Origin: Mustelus asterias
Lineage: Eukaryota
Direction: 5' to 3'
DNA: 64,000 nt
Assembly (NCBI RefSeq): GCF_964213995.1
Contig: NC_135805.1
Location: 47,492,001 to 47,556,000, forward strand
The position numbers and the translations under genes are program-made. The notes beneath the pieces are model-generated. The model was not told where the DNA came from. It saw nothing but the letters and a program-made list of their open reading frames with translations, and made no database searches. Numbering within the stretch: the stretch's first letter is position 1; each line of letters starts with the position of its first letter. Shown in pieces: positions 1 to 12,300 of this stretch.

Positions 1-91
1 GTTAAAGATCACAATACTACCAAGTGGATGCTCAGCACAAAACTGGATGAAGAGTGAATGGTGCAGAATGCAGTAACTGGATTCTCCTCAC

Positions 92-327
92 CTGCAGCAG
101 AGCTGGATGTTCAGGCCAGTCCAAGAGTAACTCTTTGACCTTTTGAGTGAAATTCCTCAGGACAGGCTGACACTTCTTAGCCTGTTGGATATTTGGATGT
201 TGGTAGAAATCGTAAGTTTCTTCCTGGGGTAGGACGAGCTCAGAGCTTTCTTCTCCCACGACAGAGTTTTGGATGAGAGCACTGATCAATAATTGACCGC
301 CATGAAGCTGTCCACTCAAGGAAGCAT
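92..327 (-). CDS. MDN1: MDN1 exon 38: [14 protein letters not shown]...YDFYQHPN...[10 protein letters not shown]
   Basis: ORF track; gttag|at...cag|gtgagg. Confidence 0.93.
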
Positions 328-3300
328 CTAACCCAAAGCAAAGAAACATTACATTGAAATGAATAATGTACAATTAACCATTTATGTTTAGTAATTAAGC
401 GAGTGCAATTGTAGCACACCCAGTTCAACTTCCCAATTTCTTCTTCAATTTTTAATTATGTTCCTTTACTGTTCATTTTGGGGCAAAATAATGGCACAAA
501 CTTCATCCCAGAGGTGGCTAGACATGGCACTTAAGGCGAATGGGATCAAAGGTTATGGGGAGAAAGCAAGATTAGGCTATTGAGTGGATGATCAGCCATG
601 ATTGTAATGAATGGCGGAGCAGAGTGGAAGGGTCAAATGGCCTCCTCCTGCTCCTATGTTTCTAACGATTATACTTTGGGGATCACCATCTTCATTAATT
701 TTGCATAATCAGTGAATTTACCTATTGAGCTTGTGAACCTTAGCTCTAAATCACTTATGGATGCTGGCCAGGAAATTGAAATCAACCCCATCTCTTCTTG
801 GAATTACGTCATGAGATCTTTTATACCCACCTCAATCACAGAAAGAATCTCAGTTTAACTCTACCTATTGTGCAGCAGTGCAAACGTAGCACTGGATTGT
901 CAGCCTGCATCATATTGTCTCGTGCAGACTAAACTCTCAACTTTCTGGGCGGCATGGTGACACAGTGGTTAGCACTGCTGTCTCAGTGCCAGGGACCCAG
1001 GTTCAATTTCGGCCTTGGGTGACAGTCTGCGTGGAGTTTGCACATTCTCCCCATGTCTGCGTGGGTTGCCCTCCGGTTTCCTCCCACAGTCCAAAGATCA
1101 TAGAAATCATAGAAACCCTACAGTACAGAAAGAGGCCATTCGGCCCATCGAGTCTGCACCGACCACAATCCCACCCAGACCCTACCCCCATATCCCTACA
1201 TATTTTACCCACTAATCCCTCTAATCTACACATCCCAGGACACTAAGGGCAATTTTTTTTTTAGCATGGCCAATCAACCTAACCCGCACATTTTTGGACT
1301 GTGGGAGGAAACCGGAGCACCCGGAGGAAACCCACGCAGACACGAGGAGAATGTGCAAACTCCACACAGACAGTGGCCCAAGCCGGGAATCGAACCCAGG
1401 TCCCTGGAGCTGTGAAGCAGCAGTGCTAACCACTGTGCTACCATGCCGCCCCATGTGCAGGTTAGTTTGATTGGCCATGATAAATTGCCCCTTAGTGTCA
1501 GGGGGGATTAGAAGGGCAAATATGTGGGTTTACAGGGATAGGGCCTGGGTGGGATTGATTGTTGGCGAAGGGTCAATGGGCCGAATGGCCTCCTTCTGCC
1601 CTGTAGGGATTCTATGATTCCAGCTGTGCCAACAACTGAGCAATGCTGAGCGCATTCAACCACCTCAATGTCGCACCTACTGGAGATCTGAATGAAGAAC
1701 AGGAAAAGATGCTCTGATCCATCCAGCTAAATTAATAAGTTTTTTGCAGTTTCAGCTCCTCTTCTCACCTATATTTTCCTCAATACCATGTTAAGCAGAC
1801 AATTGGGACAAATAATCAGTCATGCAATAGTCTCATTCATGTTAAGTTTCACCCAAATTCCTACGGCATCATTCACCCAGCATCAGAGTGCACAGGCATC
1901 ATAGTCATCACCCTTGTTATCGGCTTGAAAATCAGTCTGTATATTGTCCATAAAAATACACTGCAAGATAGGAGACACTGGCAGAACTAAATGATCCAGA
2001 GACCCAGGCTATTGTTAAGGGGACACTGCTTCATGACAGTTGGTCGAATTTAAATTTAATAAAATCCGAAACTGAAAACTAGTCTCAGTAATGGTGACCA
2101 CGAAGCTATCAATTGTTACGAAAACCAATCTGGTTCAGTAATGTCCTTTAGGGAAAGAAATCTGCTGTCCTGACCTGCTCTGGCCTACATGTGACACCAG
2201 ACGCACAGTGAGGCAGTTAAAATGGCCTAGCAAGCCACTCAGGGCAATGAGGGATGGGCAACAAATACCGACCTCAGAAACTGACACCCACATCCCAACA
2301 AAGAATTAAAAATTTAAATAGTTGAACATACTCACCAATTAGAGAATAGAACTGCGTATTTAACAAGGCAGCTGTATGGTAAGAGGACACAAAAGCATTA
2401 AGGTAGTCACTACACTGATGCACTGGCGCGGCCTGGCGGTACCATACAGTTTGTGCAAATCCCAAATACATTTGCTGGTGAATATTCATGACGATTTGAA
2501 TTGAACTCTGGGACATGGGGGCAACAGCCACTGTGCTCTCAACTTCAGTCTCCATCTCTTGTTCAAGACTGGGCTGGGATGTGATGTCAGAAAAATCCTG
2601 AAGAAAGAAAAATAAAACTGCTTAACAGTCAAAATGTTTCAAAGGTCGAGCTGTGCTTGTTCTATGAAACTACATGAAAAAGAAAGACGTTTTAATGCTT
2701 GTTCCACACATCATTTTAAGCTATTTCATGACAATGCAGCTTAGGAACACATCAACTTTAAAACGTACACTGAAACCAGTGATTCACCCAGTGAAAGGTA
2801 AACTGAGCTTTTAAAAAAATATTTAAAACAAATGCAGAGCCACAGTGTATATAATGGTCCCCTTCATTAAAGGTCAGAACAAACTGAAGAAAATAATATT
2901 CCACATTACCTTGTTATACTGTGGGAAATTCTGTTTGAATTCATTTTCCTCGTCCTCCTCAGTCAGACCTGAGACATGTTGTTTGCTCTTGTACTTGTAC
3001 AGGCTGGCTTCCTGCTCCTCTTTCACTCTCCTACATTCTTCTTGCTCATTCCAGGCATTTACCATTGCCTTTAATACAAAGACATCCACAGAATTTTTAT
3101 TTTGTTCAATTATGTTCCTCCGTTTCCCGCCAACCCCAAGAGTACACTACTGGGTTTGTTAGCTGAAAGACATTTTAGACCTAGGGTGGGATTTTCCTGC
3201 CGCATTCGCCCCAAGACTGGAAAATTCCGTCAGAGGTCAACGGACCTTTCCATGGTCTCCTTGTCGCCTCGCCCCTGCCCTCTACGATTCCCGTGGCAGG

Positions 3301-6300
3301 CGGGATGGGAAAATTCTGCCCTTGGTCTTCTCTGTCCCAAACTGCATGGTTAGCACTGCTGCTTCACAGCGCCCAGGATCCGGGTTCATAAGTCTGCGCG
3401 AAGTTCGCACATTCTCCACATGTCAGTGTGGATTTCCTCCGAGTGCTCCAGTTTCTTCCCACAGTCTAAAGTAGTGCAAGTTAGGTGGATTGGCCATTGT
3501 CTCAGTGTCCCAAGATGTATAGGTTAGGGAATAAGCAGGGTAAACATGTGAGGTTACGGCGATAGGGCCTGGGTAAGGTGCTCTGTTGGAGAGTGGCTGC
3601 ACATTCAGTAAGTCAAATGGCCTCCTTCTGCACTGTAGGAATTCTATTATCTTCATACAATCTCAAGAACTTTGACTGCAACGACAATATCATTTTCCAT
3701 AACAATCACAAGGCTGAAGTTTAATGACATACACCTGCACCTTTTGTTTGACACGGAGAATTCTATTTCATGGCAACTAAACCAGGGTTGAGCCAGGCCA
3801 AAAAGTAATTTCATATTGTAGCCTTATAATCCAGCAGAAGGGGAATTATCTACCATTAACCTCAGCTCTATTCGGATCAGATGTGAAAGGATAAACCACT
3901 GCACCATCTAAATCTCCTGGCACATTTCCACTCCATCTGACGAAACAGCAGCGCTCCGAAAGCTAATGGCATTTGCTACCAAATAAACCTGTTGGACTTT
4001 AACCTGGTATTGTTAAAACTCTTACTGTGTTCACCCCAGTCCAACGGCAGCATCTCCACATCATCACTGGAGCATTAAACCAGGACTGAATCAAAGAAAA
4101 TCATCCACAATTCTACCTAATCTTGATTTAAATTAGGTTTAAAACCATAATAGTGTGGTGCTTTGCTACTTCACACTTTTCACTGTATTTCATTAGAAAT
4201 GCAACAAAATATAATGCATTTCTAAACTGAGAGATTACTAGGTCACCCCACCCATCCCCTGGTGTTACCACTTTTGCTAAATGTAATGATGATCAGGGGG
4301 ATAAAAATACAAATGCCTAAAAACACCACCTTTAATTATCAATAGGCATGGATTAAAAAAAACTATGTCCCTTTCCTCCTCCCTCTCTCTTCCTGATTTT
4401 AAAAAGTAGTGACTCAAACCAAATGCAGTCGCTATCTAACCAGTTTTCATCTCTTCTACAAGCTGAGCCGAAGCAAGGAACATTAGCAAGCAATCTGGTC
4501 CTGGAGGCTGACAGCTCTACTTCATCTTGGCCAAGTCCTGTATCTACATGCAGAGTTTCCTGGATGGTAGTCAGTAAAACCATGCAAAGTTTCACCCTGT
4601 CCCCTTTCTAATATAGAAAGGAAATCATTTATGAAAAGGAAATAATTATTTTTGGTTTACGTGGAAGACAGTATTTATAGGCTATCCCTAGTTAGAATTC
4701 ATAGAATCCTACAGTGCAGACAGAGGCTATCCAGCCCATCGAGTCTGCACCGATTCTGCGAAAGAACATCTTAATCCAGGCCCCTCTAACCCCACACATT
4801 TACCATGGCTTATACACCTAACCTACACATCTTGGGACATTAAGGAGCAATTTAGCTTGGCCAATCCACCCAATCTGCACATCTTTGGACTGTGGGAGGA
4901 AAACTGAGGACACGGAGGAAATCCACACAGATGTGGAGAGAACATGCAAACTCCACACAGTCACCCAAAGCCGGAATTGAACCCGGGTCCCTGCTCTGAG
5001 GCAGCAATGTTAACCACTGCGCCACCCTGTTGTCCACATTTTTATTAAGAGGTCATTCAGCCCCTTGAGCCTCCCCTGCTATCTGATTGCATCATGGCTG
5101 ACCTGCACCTCAACTCCATTCACCCGCTTAAGTTGTGCTGAAGGTAGAGTCATCCACAATGTATACAGAAAAAGTGTCAAGTGTAGGCTCGAGCAGGTAG
5201 AGGTGGCAGGTTCCCTTACCTGAAAGGCAGTTGAGTTTTTAATGGCAAGTTGGGAGTTTTGATGACTGGCTTATAAATCATTGGCTTTATTAAATTCAAT
5301 TGTATAATTTGTTGTGGTGGGATCTGAACTCTATCTCTGGGTTGTTAGTGAAGAACTATAATGGCCTAGCCACTATATCCAGCGAAAATGTTTGGAGAAT
5401 CAGATGCCAAATTTAGCACCCACCAGAGATGCCTCACTATCTAAAAAATATTTTAAATATGTTAAGTTTAAATTTGCATGTCATCAAGTTCTAAAATTTC
5501 AAGGATTAAACCTGATGTGAAATGCTTTGAATTATACAGTTCCAAAAAAAAAATGATGACACAGCAACTGATTGGGGAAAGAGAAGCAAAGAGAGGGGAA
5601 AAGCAATTAAGATTTCCACTCATTATTACTCAATGAGAATGGCTGAAATTCTATGTAGACCTGGTGCGGACAGGTTTGGGTGCAACTTGATGCCCATCAG
5701 TATTTACTATAAATACTGACGTACCAGAGGATTGCTGCTGGCAAACAAGGAGTCACTGCCAAGAAAAACGTTGGCAATGCTGAGAGTGGGATGAGGTGGT
5801 GAACAGGGAGAAGGAAGAATAGGCTGGGGCTGAGGGTGGGGAGGACAGAAAAGATTTACTGATTTGATAAAACCCGATATTTGAAGGATTTTCACAGTAA
5901 CTTAATTGCAATGTTAATGTACGTCTACTCGTGATAGTCATAAATAAACTTAACGAACATGTACGTTATAATGCCATATGTTTGCCTACTGAGAAATCAG
6001 AATATTAAAGCATCAAATTCTAATTACTTGGCAGAGGTGTCTGAAAAGTTGCAGTGATGCCTGGTCCAGGTCACCCAGCGAGAGCACGTGACAACGCAGA
6101 TACAGCAGAGCATTCACCAGTAGCTGTTCTTGTGTTGGGAGCAACTGTTGTTCCTTAGCCAGACACTTTTCATCTGACGAGGTTTTGCACAAGAACTGGT
6201 TCAGCCCTTTGAGGGTCTCCATGGAGGTCTTTGAACATAATTCACCTGCCTGGGCAAGGTAGGTTGGGAACGAGAAGCTGACGGAAGGGAAGGCTGAAAG

Positions 6301-9300
6301 GCAAGTGACAAGTCTGGTGAGGTCAGTCTGTTTAACGAGCTTATTATTTAGTGATAGGTGAACCTCAGATGCCAGAAATCTCATGCCGTGTTGCATCTGC
6401 AAAATGGCAGCAAGCAGGGGCTCTACGACATCAGGATACTGGCAGTACTCTTCTGCGATGCGCCTCCTGAACTGGTGATGGGATTGCTGCCAAGCTGCCT
6501 CTTCGTTGAGTAAGACCTGGACGCTCTGGCGCGATTTAGGCCGCTTCGCCTGCAGGAGCAGCAGCAGACGGGAGAGCAGGGATTTGACTTTGGACCTCTG
6601 TGCAATACTGTTGACGTAGTGGTGGATGTCTTGGTAGAGAAAGTCATACTGAGGTATATGGGGACGGTGGGCCTGTTTTCTGGACAATACTGCAATCTGC
6701 TCCTTCAGGTGGCTGATTCTTCGCTGCAAAAACCTAGGGCATGTAAAACAAAAAATTATTTAAGTTGATGGGACACATAGAAAATTACAGTGCAGTACAG
6801 GCCCTTCAGCCCTCGATGTTGCACCGACCAGTGAAACCAATCTAAAGCCCCTCTGATCTACACTATTCCAATATTATCCATATGCTTATCCAATAACCAT
6901 TTGAATGCTCTTAATGTTGACGGGTCCACTACTGCTGCAGGCAGCGCATTCCACGCCCTTACTACTCTGAGTAAAGAACCTACCTCTGACATCTGTCCTA
7001 TATGTATCACCCCTCAATTTAAAGCTATGTCCCCTCGTGTTAGCCATCACCATCAGAGGAAAAAAGCTCTCACTATCCACCCTATCTAATCCTCTGATCA
7101 TCTTGTATGCCTCTATTAAGTCACCTCTTAACCTTCTTCTCTCTAACGAAAACAACCTCAAGCCCCTCAGCCTTTCCTCATACGATTTTCCCACCACACC
7201 AGGCAACATCCTGGTAAATCTCCTCTGCACCCTTTCCAACGCTTCCACATCTTTCCTATAATGCGGTGACCAGAACTGTACGCAATACTCCAAGTGCGGC
7301 CGCACCAGAGTTTTGTATAGTTGCAGCATGACCTCATGGCTCCGAAACTCACTCCCTCTACCAATAAAAGCTAACACTCCGTATGCCTTCTTAACAACCC
7401 TATCAACCTGGGTGCCAACTTTCAGGGATCTATGCACATGGACACCCAGATCCCTCTGTTCATCCACACTACCAAGTATCTTACCATTAGCCCAGTACTC
7501 TGTATTCCTGTTACTCCTTCCAAAGTGAATCACCTCACACTTTTCTGCATTAAACTCCATTTGCCACCTCTCAGCCCAGCTCTGCAGCTTATCTATGTCC
7601 CTCTGTAACCTGCCACTTCCCTCCGCACTGTCTACAACTCCACTGACTTTAGTGTCATCCGCAAATTTACTAATCCATCCTTCCATGCCCTCATCCAGGT
7701 CATTAATAAAAATGACAAACAGCAGTGGCCCCAAAACAGATCCTTGCGGTACACCACTAGTAACTGAGTTCCAGGATGAACATTTCCCATCAACCACTAC
7801 CATCTGTCTTTTTACAGCTAGCCAATTCCTGATCCAAACCACAATCACCCTCAATCCCATGTGTCTTTATTTTCTGCAAAAGCTTACCATGGGGAACCTT
7901 ATCAAATGCTTTGCTGAAATCCATAAACACCACATCAACCGCTTTACCCTCATCCACCTCTTTGGTCACCTTCTCAAAAAACTCAATAAGGTTTGTGAGG
8001 CACGACCTACCCTTCACAAAACCGTGCTGACTATCCCTAATCAAATTATTCGTTTCTAGATTATTATAAATCCTATCTCTTATAATCCTTTCCAAAACTT
8101 TGCCCACAACAGAAGCAAGGCTCACCGGTCTATAATTACCAGGGTTGTCCCTACTCCCCTTCTTGAACAAGGGGACAACATTTGCTATCCTCCAGTCTTC
8201 TGGCACTGTTCTTGTAGACAATGACGACACAAAGATCAAAGCCAAAGGCTCTGCAATCTCCCCTCTAGCCTCCCAGAGAATCCTAGGATAAATCCCATCT
8301 GGCCCATTGCTGATGTCTCATTTAATGGAGCAGAGTAACACAATATTCTTGAGTATTAAAAGCTCTTCAAAAGAGAACTCTTGTTTAGGTGTCCTCTAGT
8401 CATAAACGTCTCAGGCCTCTTAGCAATCAACCAATCATGCAGTGAACAGCATTGTCAAAAATCATCTTCCAATCCAACAAAGGACCTCAAAATGATCAAC
8501 AGGAGTTGGGACGTTTTGAAGTTGTACAAAACATTGGTAAGGCCACACTTGGAATACTGTGTACAGTTCTGGTCACTCTATTATAGAAAGGATATTATTA
8601 AACCAGAAAGAGTGCAGAAAAGATTTACTAGGATGCTAGCAGGACTTGATGGTTTGAGCTATGAGAGGTTGGATAGACTAGGACCTTTTTCTCTGGAGCG
8701 TAGGAGACTTAGGGGTGACCTTATAGAGGTCTATAAAACAATGAGGGGCATAGATCAGCTAGATAGTCAACATCTTTTCCCAAAGTTAGGGGAGTCTAAA
8801 ACTAGAGGGCATAGGTTTAAGGTGAGGGGGGAGAGATACAAAAGATTCTTTCCACACAGTGTGTCTGGAACAAGTTGCCGGAGATAGTAGTAGAGGCGGG
8901 AACATTTTTTTTTTACAAAGCATTTAGACTGTTCCATGGGTTCCATAGAGGGATATGGGCCTAACGCAGGCAATTGGGAGTAGCTTAGTGGTTTAAAAAA
9001 AAAGGGCGGTATAGACAAGTTGGGCTGAAGGGCCTGTTCCTATGCTGTAAATTTCTATGACTCTAACTCTTGGTATTACATTCCTGTGACAGGCATTCAA
9101 GCCCAAGTTTGCTTGTCACCTAAGCACCATTTTGGTTTATCTGGTGTTCTTCCACTTTCAACTTTAATGTTGGCCTGAAGCAAGGGCTTCAGCCCTGTGA
9201 TGTTTCAACAAAACCAATGGTGCAGGAAAGCAGTGCAAGGGTGACCGGCTCAGCAATATGCTTCAGGAGGAAACTGATTTACGTTCAGCTGCAGTTAACA

Positions 9301-12300
9301 GTTCATAAACCCGAGCAGTTTCCCAAACTCAAAAGTGCTGCAAATAAGGTCCAATTGCTCAACTTCCCAACATAACTGCTCTCATAAAAAAGCTGCGTAA
9401 AAAATCTCAATGGAGGAATGCTCTAAATCTGTGTGTCACGAATTGACGTACACACTCTCAGACATTCATTACATTTAAAATTACTCAGATGGTTCCCAGA
9501 GTTTTTTTTTCCCAAAACATAGATAGCAAAATCTCTCATCCACAAGTCAAATAGTTCTCAACTTCACGCGGCCAAAACACAGCCAGGCACATCCTTACTG
9601 GGAATAATGGATCAGAGAGTCTGTCACTTAATTTGCTCAGCTATTCTCACAACCAAACTGATACAGCAATTCAAGTCAGTCAGCTGGACTGGGAACTATG
9701 TAGTGCCCGAAGAATTAGGAAAGGAAGTCATGGATTAGTGTAAACACTGATCTGTACAATACTGATTGGCTAATGGACAGCATATTTAATTAGGCACCTA
9801 ATTCGGGGATGGCAATGTCTGTTCTCTCCGTCCTGTAATAGTTCTTGACCGGTCAATAACTGTTCAGAAAGGCTGCGGCTCTTCCATTCACACTGCAATT
9901 GTTGCAACTAGGAAGGGAAAAAAAACCTATTAGCAGGCGACAACAACAACTTGCATTTATCGAGCAACTTTGGATCACAAAGTGTCTCAAGTCAGAGAAA
10001 GCATCAACAATAACAAAGCAAATGTGGACAGCTACATATATCCGATTTTACTAAGCGATTCAACTACAGAGTTAAGGATTTCAATGCACCCGTATTGTCC
10101 ACTAGAGTTATCCATGCGAGTTAAGAGCATTTTGGTGAATGGGTGGTTTATTTTGAACACACATCAACAGCAATGAGATAAACAACCAATGTCGGTGTTG
10201 ACTGGGAAGGCTTTGCACTTGCAAATATCATGGGATCTTTTAAGATCTACCTGAATCACCAGAACAGGCAGATGGGGTCCCAGTTTATCAATTCGCCCAA
10301 AGAAAATCTCTACGTACATGGCATCTTCTGTACACAAGATCAAAAGACAACAACTTTTATGCAGAGTGAATGTGCAGTATGTTCAGGTGGATCACGCAAG
10401 GTTACAGTGAGCAGAGATTATAAGGGGAGCTGTTCCATAATTGCTTCAATTCTAACCTGTGCGCAGATGAAGGTCTCCAAGGTTTTAGCAATGAGCAAGA
10501 AAACACTGACATCAAAACTCACCTCACATACCACTATTGCAATTAAGCATGCTCTCCTTTTAAGGGAAGCAGCTATCATGGACAAGTGGAACATTCAAAA
10601 CACCAGGGTCAATTTTTAATTAATTGCAACTTACAAAGTTTGTTCCATAATTCATCCACCATTGAGTAAACTCAAAGGATCAAAATGGTAAACTTGAATT
10701 GAGTAGGCTATAAGACAAAGCACCAGCACATAGCAGCACAACGATTTAAGGCACAGGAGTTGGGGCAATTGTGGCAAATGCTAGTGTCGCAACATCACAA
10801 ATGGCATCGCTGACCATCACTTCTGGGTCCAGTGGGGTTTCTTGGAGAATATGCAAAATCTCAATATCATTAGACATGTTCCAGTTAGGGGAATAATCAC
10901 AAGACAAAAAAAAACAAACAAGATGACTGACCTCCTCCTTGACATAATTCAACTTGTACAGCTTTTTGACAGCAGGATCAAACTTGGTCTGTGGCGTCCA
11001 AATCTGAATCTGAACCAACCCTAGGTTCACCCACAGGCAGCCGCTCTGGGCCTGTGCCGAAAGGCTTCGAAAATCCTTTTCTTTGCCCACAAACTTGCGT
11101 ACGCAGGTCACAAGAAGCGAAACGAGATCTTCGGGCAGTATTTCCTGCTCCGCAAGATTGCTGAGTAAACTCTGAATACTGTGACTGGCAATGCTGTTTT
11201 TATCAATGGCGAGTTGGTCACATGTCTGCAAATATTCCTCCTGAAGCTCTTCTGGCAAAAAATCCTTAATTGCGTGGAGCTGTTTAAGTAGCAATGTGCA
11301 CTGCAATCTGGAATCTGTGAATCTGCAAACAACAAAGCGTCAAGTTTTTTCCCCCCCCTCTAGAACTTACAAATACCATTTGAAACTACACCATTTGGTC
11401 CTTAAAACTTTGATTTTAGCATTACGAATTTAACAGCTATGTTACAGAATGTCTTCAGAACAAGCATCAATTACCATCGGCATTTATTTCCCGGTTAGAA
11501 ATTAAACCAGTAAAAACACATCAAGCCTACATCGTATCAGCGAACAGACCTATTCACATCCTGCATTCCAAAATAAGTTCTGAAGTGCGTTACGACACTT
11601 GCACGGTGTTTCATTTAATCCTGAATTAAGTTACAGGAATTGTGTGCTAACCCACTATACACCTAGCTACCTCCTTAATGCCACTGTGGATGGAATACAT
11701 TGGTGTAAAATTAATTTCAGTTAGGACTCTGGATAATTACTTGGTGGGAGTGGAGGAACTATCCCAGCAGTCACATGCCCCACTACTGCTGCACCAAAAG
11801 TCTCACATTTAAAAAATACGCACGTCATGAAACTGCTTACAATTCTGTAAGAAAAAAAACCCAGCAGCTTCACGTGGAGAATTCTGCCCAGTTGGTGGTA
11901 AAAATGAGACACAGTCAGAGGACTGAGGCAAAGAGTACTAATGGGTCAATTGAGTTGCTACATCTATAGTGCTCAGCCTAAGCTTATTGGGAGTGAAGCA
12001 GAAGCTGTCTGATTACCTCCCAAGACATCTTGCATTAACAATGGAGCAAAATCCTAACAAACAGGCTTCGTGCAGATCAACATAAACTAAAAAGAAAGCC
12101 AACAATTCTAGAAACTTAATGTCAGTACCTCGAAGGCCCTTCCCTTTCCATGTAATAAAACAATGAATAGACAGGACTCTCATTGTTCACCAACTTTGAC
12201 ACACACACCCGTCAGCTGAGAAACAGCAAATCGGTTTTTAAAAAGTGATTCAGGTGTGCGATTGTATCTTTGAATTTATTAGACTTGAACTCCCTGGAGA

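Noticed and set aside
947-1020. tRNA gene
   Set aside because: A/B-box head continuing directly into a SINE body; dispersed degenerate copies
6886-8245. RT ORFs as a retron, DGR or other prokaryotic RT system
   Set aside because: Motifs are typical vertebrate CR1 LINE ORF2, and the context is an intron of a spliced eukaryotic gene
10230-10619. 129-aa plus-strand ORF as an antisense gene
   Set aside because: Starts in a SINE remnant, has no recognisable domain and no supporting splice structure
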